Below, piece by piece: positions 56,626-64,000 of a DNA stretch of 64,000 nucleotides. The DNA comes from a phage: the sequence record PZ154897.1. One strand, given 5' to 3'. Made by a program: the position numbers and the translations under genes. Each line of letters opens with the position of its first letter. Position 1 is the first letter of the stretch. The notes under the pieces were generated by a model. That model was not told the DNA's origin. It did no database searches and saw nothing but the letters and a program-made list of their open reading frames with translations.

Positions 56626-58608
56626 ATGGCAAATACCCCTGTAAATTATCAATTAACAAGAACAGCAAATGCTATTCCCGAGATATTCGTCGGGGGTACA
56701 TTTGCTGAAATAAAACAAAACCTCATTGAATGGCTTAATGGTCAAAATGAATTTTTGGATTATGATTTTGAAGGCTCAAGATTAAACGTTCTGTGCGACC
56801 TTTTGGCTTATAATACATTATACATTCAGCAGTTTGGTAATGCTGCCGTGTATGAAAGCTTTATGCGTACTGCTAACTTACGTAGTTCAGTAGTTCAAGC
56901 GGCACAAGATAATGGATATTTACCTACTTCAAAATCAGCTGCTCAAACTGAAATTATGCTAACTTGTACAGACGCATTGAATAGAAATTACATTACTATT
57001 CCTCGTGGTACTCGCTTTTTAGCATATGCAAAAGATACTTCTGTTAATCCTTATAACTTTGTATCTACCGAAGATGTTATTGCTATTCGCGACAAAAATA
57101 ACCAATATTTTCCGCGTTTAAAATTAGCCCAGGGACGTATAGTAAGAACTGAAATCATTTATGATAAATTAACACCTATTATCATTTATGACAAAAATAT
57201 AGATAGAAACCAAGTTAAACTATACGTTGATGGAGCAGAATGGATTAACTGGACAAGAAAGTCAATGGTTCATGCTGGTTCTACATCAACAATTTACTAC
57301 ATGCGTGAAACTATTGATGGAAATACTGAGTTTTATTTTGGCGAAGGTGAGATTTCTGTTAATGCGGCAGAAGGAGCATTGACTGCTAATTATATTGGAG
57401 GTCTTAAACCTACCCAAAACTCTACGATTGTTATTGAGTACATCAGTACTAACGGTGCAGATGCGAATGGCGCAGTCGGATTTTCATACGCAGATACATT
57501 AACAAATATAACTGTCATCAACATTAATGAAAATCCAAACGATGACCCAGATTTTGTTGGGGCAGATGGCGGCGGCGATCCAGAAGATATTGAACGTATT
57601 CGCGAATTGGGTACTATTAAACGCGAAACCCAGCAACGCTGCGTAACTGCAACTGACTATGATACATTCGTTTCAGAGAGATTTGGTTCTATTATTCAAG
57701 CAGTTCAGACGTTCACTGATTCTACTAAACCTGGTTATGCATTTATTGCTGCTAAACCTAAATCAGGTCTGTATTTAACTACTGTACAGCGCGAAGATAT
57801 TAAAAATTATCTCAAAGACTATAATTTAGCTCCTATTACGCCATCAATTATTTCTCCTAATTATCTTTTTATTAAGACTAATTTAAAAGTCACATATGCT
57901 TTAAATAAGCTGCAAGAATCCGAACAGTGGCTCGAAGGTCAAATAATTGATAAAATTGATCGTTATTATACCGAAGATGTAGAAATTTTTAACTCATCTT
58001 TCGCTAAATCTAAGATGTTGACATATGTAGATGATGCAGATCATTCTATCATTGGCTCATCAGCGACAATTCAAATTGTTCGTGAAGTACAAAACTTCTA
58101 TAAAACGCCTGAAGCAGGTATTAAATACAATAATCAAATAAAAGATCGTTCTATGGAATCTAATACGTTTTCATTTAATTCTGGACGAAAGGTTGTAAAT
58201 CCTGATACTGGTTTAGAAGAAGATGTATTATATGACGTTCGCATAGTATCAACAGACCGAGATTCTAAAGGAATTGGTAAAGTTATTATTGGTCCATTTG
58301 CTTCTGGCGATGTTACAGAAAATGAAAACATTCAGCCGTATACAGGCAACGATTTTAACAAATTAGCAAATTCTGATGGACGCGACAAATATTATGTTAT
58401 CGGTGAAATAAATTATCCAGCTGATGTGATTTACTGGAATATCGCTAAAATTAATTTAACATCTGAAAAATTTGAAGTTCAGACTATTGAATTATATTCT
58501 GACCCAACCGATGATGTTATCTTTACTCGCGATGGTTCACTGATTGTATTTGAAAATGACTTACGTCCACAATACTTAACTATCGATTTGGAGCCTATAT
58601 CACAATGA
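56626..58608 (+). CDS. 6: baseplate wedge protein gp6
   Basis: 660-aa ORF MANTPVNYQLTRTANAIPEIFVGGTFAEIKQ... Confidence 0.95.
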   Translation: MANTPVNYQLTRTANAIPEIFVGGTFAEIKQNLIEWLNGQNEFLDYDFEGSRLNVLCDLLAYNTLYIQQFGNAAVYESFMRTANLRSSVVQAAQDNGYLPTSKSAAQTEIMLTCTDALNRNYITIPRGTRFLAYAKDTSVNPYNFVSTEDVIAIRDKNNQYFPRLKLAQGRIVRTEIIYDKLTPIIIYDKNIDRNQVKLYVDGAEWINWTRKSMVHAGSTSTIYYMRETIDGNTEFYFGEGEISVNAAEGALTANYIGGLKPTQNSTIVIEYISTNGADANGAVGFSYADTLTNITVININENPNDDPDFVGADGGGDPEDIERIRELGTIKRETQQRCVTATDYDTFVSERFGSIIQAVQTFTDSTKPGYAFIAAKPKSGLYLTTVQREDIKNYLKDYNLAPITPSIISPNYLFIKTNLKVTYALNKLQESEQWLEGQIIDKIDRYYTEDVEIFNSSFAKSKMLTYVDDADHSIIGSSATIQIVREVQNFYKTPEAGIKYNNQIKDRSMESNTFSFNSGRKVVNPDTGLEEDVLYDVRIVSTDRDSKGIGKVIIGPFASGDVTENENIQPYTGNDFNKLANSDGRDKYYVIGEINYPADVIYWNIAKINLTSEKFEVQTIELYSDPTDDVIFTRDGSLIVFENDLRPQYLTIDLEPISQ

Positions 58609-61600
58609 CAGTAAAAGCACCTTCAGTCACTAGTCTCAGAATTTCCAAGTTATCCGCAAATCAGGTGCAAGTACGCTGGGATGACGTTGGTGCTAATTTC
58701 TACTATTTTGTAGAAATCGCTGAGACAAAAACAAACTCGGGGGAAAATCTCCCGAGTAATCAATACAGATGGATTAACTTAGGATATACTGCAAATAACA
58801 GCTTCTTTTTTGATGATGCTGACCCATTGACATCATACGTTATTAGAGTAGCCACAGCTGCGCAAGATTTTGAGCAGTCTGATTGGATTTATACCGAAGA
58901 GTTTGAAACTTTTGCTACAAATGCTTATACATTTCAAAACATGATTGAAATGCAATTAGCTAATAAATTCATTCAGGAAAAATTTACTCTTAATAATTCT
59001 GATTATGTTAATTTTAATAATGACACTATAATGGCTGCATTGATGAATGAATCATTTCAGTTCAGCCCATCATATGTTGATGTTTCATCAATAAGTAATT
59101 TTATTATTGGTGAAAATGAGTATCATGAAATACAAGGTTCTATTCAGCAAGTATGTAAGGATATTAACCGAGTTTATTTGATGGAATCAGAAGGGATTCT
59201 ATACCTTTTTGAGCGCTATCAACCTGTAGTTAAAGTATCCAATGATAAAGGACAAACTTGGAAAGCTGTAAAGCTCTTCAATGACCGCGTAGGATATCCT
59301 TTATCTAAGACAGTATATTACCAATCTGCGAACACAACATACGTTCTAGGATACGACAAGATTTTCTATGGCCGCAAATCGACTGATGTTAGATGGTCAG
59401 CTGATGATGTCAGATTTAGTTCTCAGGATATAACATTCGCTAAACTCGGTGACCAATTACATCTAGGATTTGATGTAGAAATTTTTGCCACTTACGCGAC
59501 TTTACCAGCTAATGTATACCGTATTGCAGAAGCTATTACTTGCACCGATGATTACATTTACGTTGTCGCCAGAGATAAAGTTAGATACATAAAAACGAGT
59601 AATGCACCTATAGATTCTGATCCATTATCTCCGACATATTCGGAAAGGCTTTTTGAACCTGATACTATGACTATAACTGGAAATCCTAAAGCAGTATGCT
59701 ATAAAATGGATTCTGTCGGTGATAAAGTTTTTGCTCTTATTATTGGTGAAGTTGAAACATTAAATGCTAATCCTAGAACATCAAAAATAATTGATTCTGC
59801 TGATAAAGGAATATATGTTTTAAATCATGACACAAAAACGTGGAAAAGAGTTTTTGGCAACACTGAAGAAGAAAGAAGACGTATTCAACCAGGGTATGCG
59901 AATATGTCAACTGATGGTAAATTAGTTTCTCTATCATCGAGTAATTTTAAATTTTTAAGTGATAATGTTGTTAATGACCCTGAAACTGCAGCAAAATATC
60001 AGTTAATCGGTGCCGTTAAATATGAATTTCCTCGTGAATGGCTAGCTGATAAGCATTATCATATGATGGCATTTATAGCAGATGAAAAGTCTGATTGGGA
60101 AACTTTTACTCCTCAGCCGATGAAATACTACGCTGAACCATTCTTTAACTGGTCTAAAAAATCTAACACACGTTGTTGGATAAACAACTCTGATAGGGTT
60201 GTAGTAGTTTATGCTGATTTAAAATACACTAAAGTTATAGAAAATATTCCGGAAACATCACCAGATAGATTAGTTCATGAATATTGGGACGATGGCGATT
60301 GCACTATAGTAATGCCAAATGTTAAATTCACTGGATTTAAAAAATATGCATCTGGGATGCTTTTCTATAAAGCCTCTGGTGAAATAATTTCTTACTATGA
60401 TTTTAACTATCGTGTTAGAGACACTGTCGAAATTATTTGGAAACCAACTGAAGTATTTTTAAAAGCATTTTTACAAAACCAAGAGCATGAAACTCCTTGG
60501 TCGCCCGAAGAAGAGCGTGGATTAGCTGACCCTGATTTAAGACCATTGATTGGCACAATGATGCCTGATTCTTATTTGTTACAGGATTCGAATTTTGAGG
60601 CATTTTGTGAAGCATATATTCAGTATCTCTCTGATGGATATGGAACTCAGTATAACAATTTACGAAATTTAATTCGTAACAAATATCCACGAGAAGAGCA
60701 TGCATGGGAATATTTGTGGTCAGAGATATATAAAAGAAACATTTATTTAAATGCTGACAAACGTGATGCTGTTGCAAGATTTTTCGAATCACGTAGCTAT
60801 GATTTTTATTCTACTAAAGGAATTGAAGCATCATATAAATTTCTTTTTAAAGTTCTTTATAATGAAGAAGTTGAAATTGAAATTGAATCTGGGGCTGGTA
60901 CTGAATATGATATAATCGTTCAATCTGATTCTTTGACTGAAGACTTAGTAGGACAAACGATTTATACAGCTACAGGAAGATGTAATGTTACTTATATAGA
61001 AAGAAGCTATTCTAATGGTAAATTGCAATGGACCGTAACTATTCATAATCTTTTAGGAAGATTAATTGCCGGTCAAGAAGTTAAAGCAGAAAGACTCCCT
61101 AGTTTTGAAGGCGAAATTATTCGTGGAGTTAAAGGGAAGGATTTGCTTCAAAATAATATAGACTATATTAATAGAAGTCGATCATATTATGTAATGAAAA
61201 TTAAATCCAATTTACCTTCTTCCCGCTGGAAATCTGACGTTATTCGTTTTGTTCATCCAGTAGGATTTGGATTTATAGCAATTACTCTTTTAACAATGTT
61301 TATTAATGTTGGTTTAACTCTTAAACCAACAGAGACTATAATTAATAAATACAAAAACTATAAATGGGATTCTGGATTGCCTACTGAATATGCTGATAGA
61401 GTAGCTAAATTGACTCCAACCGGTGAAATTGAGCATGATTCGGTAACAGGTGAAGCAATTTATGAACCTGGCCCAATGGCTGGTGTAAAATATCCTCTTC
61501 CTGATGACTATAATGCTGAAAATAATAATTCAATATTTCAAGGTCAATTGCCATCTGAACGACGTAAATTAATGAGTCCTTTATTCGATGCATCTGGAAC

Positions 61601-61703
61601 AACATTTGCACAATTTAGGGATTTAGTTAATAAACGTCTAAAAGATAATATAGGAAATCCAAGAGACCCTGAAAATCCAACACAGGTTAAAATAGATGAA
61701 TGA
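58605..61703 (+). CDS. 7: baseplate wedge protein gp7
   Basis: 1032-aa ORF; 4-bp overlap with gp6. Confidence 0.95.
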   Translation: MTVKAPSVTSLRISKLSANQVQVRWDDVGANFYYFVEIAETKTNSGENLPSNQYRWINLGYTANNSFFFDDADPLTSYVIRVATAAQDFEQSDWIYTEEFETFATNAYTFQNMIEMQLANKFIQEKFTLNNSDYVNFNNDTIMAALMNESFQFSPSYVDVSSISNFIIGENEYHEIQGSIQQVCKDINRVYLMESEGILYLFERYQPVVKVSNDKGQTWKAVKLFNDRVGYPLSKTVYYQSANTTYVLGYDKIFYGRKSTDVRWSADDVRFSSQDITFAKLGDQLHLGFDVEIFATYATLPANVYRIAEAITCTDDYIYVVARDKVRYIKTSNAPIDSDPLSPTYSERLFEPDTMTITGNPKAVCYKMDSVGDKVFALIIGEVETLNANPRTSKIIDSADKGIYVLNHDTKTWKRVFGNTEEERRRIQPGYANMSTDGKLVSLSSSNFKFLSDNVVNDPETAAKYQLIGAVKYEFPREWLADKHYHMMAFIADEKSDWETFTPQPMKYYAEPFFNWSKKSNTRCWINNSDRVVVVYADLKYTKVIENIPETSPDRLVHEYWDDGDCTIVMPNVKFTGFKKYASGMLFYKASGEIISYYDFNYRVRDTVEIIWKPTEVFLKAFLQNQEHETPWSPEEERGLADPDLRPLIGTMMPDSYLLQDSNFEAFCEAYIQYLSDGYGTQYNNLRNLIRNKYPREEHAWEYLWSEIYKRNIYLNADKRDAVARFFESRSYDFYSTKGIEASYKFLFKVLYNEEVEIEIESGAGTEYDIIVQSDSLTEDLVGQTIYTATGRCNVTYIERSYSNGKLQWTVTIHNLLGRLIAGQEVKAERLPSFEGEIIRGVKGKDLLQNNIDYINRSRSYYVMKIKSNLPSSRWKSDVIRFVHPVGFGFIAITLLTMFINVGLTLKPTETIINKYKNYKWDSGLPTEYADRVAKLTPTGEIEHDSVTGEAIYEPGPMAGVKYPLPDDYNAENNNSIFQGQLPSERRKLMSPLFDASGTTFAQFRDLVNKRLKDNIGNPRDPENPTQVKIDE

Positions 61704-62700
61704 TTCAAGTGTTATCTATCGTGCGATAGTTACTTCAAAATTTAGAACAGAAAAAATGTTGAATTTTTATAATTCAATTGGAAGTGGTCCGGATAAAAAC
61801 ACTATCTTTATCACATTTGGAAGATCAGAACCATGGTCATCAAATGAAAATGAGGTGGGATTTGCCCCACCTTATCCCACCGATTCTGTATTAGGTGTAA
61901 CTGACATGTGGACTCATATGATGGGAACCGTGAAGGTTCTTCCATCTATGCTTGATGCAGTTATTCCTCGTCGAGATTGGGGAGATACTAGATATCCGGA
62001 TCCATACACATTTAGAATTAACGATATTGTAGTATGTAACTCAGCTCCTTACAATGCTACCGAATCAGGCGCAGGCTGGTTAGTATATCGTTGTTTAGAT
62101 GTTCCTGATACCGGAATGTGTTCAATTGAGTCTTTAACTAATAAGGATGAATGCCTTAAGTTAGGTGGAAAATGGACTCCTTCTGCTAGGTCAATGACTC
62201 CTCCTGAAGGTCGAGGAGACGCGGAAGGAACAATCGAACCTGGAGACGGGTATGTATGGGAATATCTTTTTGAGATTCCGCCTGATGTATCTATAAATAG
62301 ATGTACGAATGAATATATCGTGGTTCCTTGGCCGGAAGAATTAAAAGAAGACCCAACTAGATGGGGGTATGAAGATAATCTCACTTGGCAACAAGATGAT
62401 TTTGGATTAATTTACCGTGTTAAGGCAAATACTATCCGTTTTAAAGCATATTTAGATTCAGTTTATTTTCCTGAAGCTGCACTGCCGGGAAATAAAGGAT
62501 TTAGGCAAATATCAATAATCACGAATCCTCTTGAAGCTAAAGCTCATCCAAATGACCCAAACGTTAAAGCTGAAAAGGATTATTATGATCCGGAAGATTT
62601 AATGAGGCATTCGGGAGAAATGATTTATATGGAAAATAGGCCACCTATTATCATGGCAATGGATCAAACAGAAGAAATCAATATTCTGTTTACATTTTAA
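61696..62700 (+). CDS. 8: baseplate wedge protein gp8
   Basis: 334-aa ORF MNDSSVIYRAIVTSKFRTEKMLNFYNSIGSG... Confidence 0.95.
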   Translation: MNDSSVIYRAIVTSKFRTEKMLNFYNSIGSGPDKNTIFITFGRSEPWSSNENEVGFAPPYPTDSVLGVTDMWTHMMGTVKVLPSMLDAVIPRRDWGDTRYPDPYTFRINDIVVCNSAPYNATESGAGWLVYRCLDVPDTGMCSIESLTNKDECLKLGGKWTPSARSMTPPEGRGDAEGTIEPGDGYVWEYLFEIPPDVSINRCTNEYIVVPWPEELKEDPTRWGYEDNLTWQQDDFGLIYRVKANTIRFKAYLDSVYFPEAALPGNKGFRQISIITNPLEAKAHPNDPNVKAEKDYYDPEDLMRHSGEMIYMENRPPIIMAMDQTEEINILFTF

Positions 62701-62703
62701 CTT

Positions 62704-62729
62704 AAGGGAGCCCATGGGCTCCCTTTTTC
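62704..62729 (+). terminator. rho-independent terminator after gene 8
   Basis: gggagcccatgggctccc perfect palindrome followed by TTTTT. Confidence 0.7.
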
Positions 62730-62731
62730 TT

Positions 62732-62739
62732 TATAAATA
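62732..62739 (+). promoter_or_regulatory. late promoter TATAAATA for gene 9
   Basis: exact TATAAATA 25 nt upstream of the gene 9 ATG. Confidence 0.65.
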
Positions 62740-62763
62740 CTATAAACTCATAAGGAAACCGCT

Positions 62764-63630
62764 ATGTTCATTCAAGAACCAAAGAAATTGATTGATACCG
62801 GCGAAATTGGTAACGCTTCTACTGGTGATATCTTATTCGACGGTGGTAATAAAATTAATAGTGATTTTAACGCAATTTATAATGCGTTTGGCGATCAACG
62901 TAAAATGGCAGTAGCAAATGGAACTGGAGCAGATGGCCAAATTATCCATGCTACTGGATATTATCAAAAACACTCTATCGCAGAGTACGCAACTCCAGTA
63001 AAAGTTGGCACTAGGCATGATATTGATACCTCTACTGTAGGTGTTAAAGTTATCATTGAAAGAGGCGAACTTGGTGATTGTGTTGAATTTATTAACTCAA
63101 ATGGATCAATATCAGTTACTAATCCTTTAACAATTCAAGCCATTGATTCAATTAAAGGTGTTTCAGGTAATTTAGTAGTAACTAGCCCATATAGTAAAGT
63201 AACTTTACGTTGTATTTCATCTGATAATTCTACATCGGTGTGGAATTATTCTATTGAAAGTATGTTTGGTCAAAAGGAATCACCAGCTGAAGGTACATGG
63301 AATATTTCTACATCCGGATCAGTTGATATTCCACTATTTCATCGTACTGAATATAACATGGCTAAATTGTTAGTTACATGCCAATCAGTAGATGGAAGAA
63401 AAATTAAAACGGCAGAAATAAATATTCTTGTGGATACTGTTAATTCAGAGGTCATTTCTTCTGAATATGCTGTCATGCGGGTTGGGAATGAAACCGAAGA
63501 AGACGAAATCGCTAATATTGCATTTAGTATTAAAGAAAATTATGTAACGGCGACTATAAGTTCTTCAACTGTCGGTATGAGAGCAGCAGTTAAAGTTATC
63601 GCTACGCAGAAAATCGGGGTGGCTCAATAA
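62764..63630 (+). CDS. 9: baseplate protein gp9 (long-tail-fibre socket)
   Basis: 288-aa ORF MFIQEPKKLIDTGEIGNASTGDILFDGGNKINSDF... Confidence 0.95.
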   Translation: MFIQEPKKLIDTGEIGNASTGDILFDGGNKINSDFNAIYNAFGDQRKMAVANGTGADGQIIHATGYYQKHSIAEYATPVKVGTRHDIDTSTVGVKVIIERGELGDCVEFINSNGSISVTNPLTIQAIDSIKGVSGNLVVTSPYSKVTLRCISSDNSTSVWNYSIESMFGQKESPAEGTWNISTSGSVDIPLFHRTEYNMAKLLVTCQSVDGRKIKTAEINILVDTVNSEVISSEYAVMRVGNETEEDEIANIAFSIKENYVTATISSSTVGMRAAVKVIATQKIGVAQ

Positions 63631-64000
63631 TGAAACAAAATATTAATATCGGTAATGTTGTTGATGATGGTACCGGTGACTACCTGCGTAAAGGTGGTAT
63701 AAAAATAAATGAAAACTTTGATGAGCTTTATTACGAGCTTGGTGATGGAGATGTTCCATATTCAGCCGGTGCCTGGAAAACTTATGATGCTTCATCTGGT
63801 CAAACACTAAAAGCTGAGTGGGGGAAATCATACGCTATTAATACCTCTTCTGGAAGAGTAACTATAAATCTTCCAAAAGGAACTGTCAATGATTACAACA
63901 AAGTAATTAGAGCTAGAGACGTATTTGCTACATGGAACGTTAACCCAGTTACATTAGTAGCTGCTTCCGGTGATACGATTAAAGGGTCTGCAGTACCAGT
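63630..64000 (+). CDS. 10: baseplate protein gp10, 5' part (runs off window end)
   Basis: ATG overlaps gp9 stop (TAATG); translation MKQNINIGNVVDDGTGDYLRKGGIKINENFDELYYELGDGDVPYSAG...; not in ORF track because no stop in window. Confidence 0.85.
   Translation, partial: MKQNINIGNVVDDGTGDYLRKGGIKINENFDELYYELGDGDVPYSAGAWKTYDASSGQTLKAEWGKSYAINTSSGRVTINLPKGTVNDYNKVIRARDVFATWNVNPVTLVAASGDTIKGSAVP

Noticed and set aside
58134-62384. Antisense ORFs within baseplate genes 6, 7 and 8 (58134..58331, 60433..60792, 61405..61611, 62049..62384)
   Set aside because: Embedded antisense in long, strongly supported structural genes; no promoter/SD context

Overview
This window is a T4-like (Tevenvirinae/Tequatrovirus-type) phage genome segment running from gene 43 (DNA polymerase) through the start of baseplate gene 10. 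Most proteins look near-identical to T4 from memory, but it is not T4 itself: nrdD is intron-less, no ipII/ipIII sit between denV and e, and the lysozyme differs at a few residues. Genes up to ~53.4 kb are on the minus strand (replication/recombination 43, regA, 62, 44, 45, 46, 47; a-gt; late sigma 55; anaerobic RNR nrdH/G/D; endo VII; nrdC; an nrdC-tk accessory block; tk; regB; denV; lysozyme e; nudE; an 8-tRNA cluster plus stable-RNA region; 57B/57A; genes 1, 3, 2, 4). Baseplate genes 53, 5, 5.1, 5.4, 6, 7, 8, 9 and partial 10 are on the plus strand. There are six free-standing homing-endonuclease genes (three HNH, three GIY-YIG), a repeated ~55-bp early-promoter cassette, UUCG-tetraloop hairpins, late promoters (TATAAATA), the gene 43 translational operator and the lysozyme SD-sequestering hairpin. 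The most interesting accessory content is: a nucleotidyltransferase + P-loop ATPase pair flanked by membrane proteins; four tandem paralogs with a shared C-terminal coiled-coil tail; three internal-protein-like ORFs carrying capsid-targeting leaders; a PspA-like protein beside three overlapping two-TM paralogs; a macrodomain protein; and a host-derived GrcA-like glycyl-radical gene. All calls rest on reading the sequence and recalled family motifs; no database search was run, and start codons and RNA ends are approximate.
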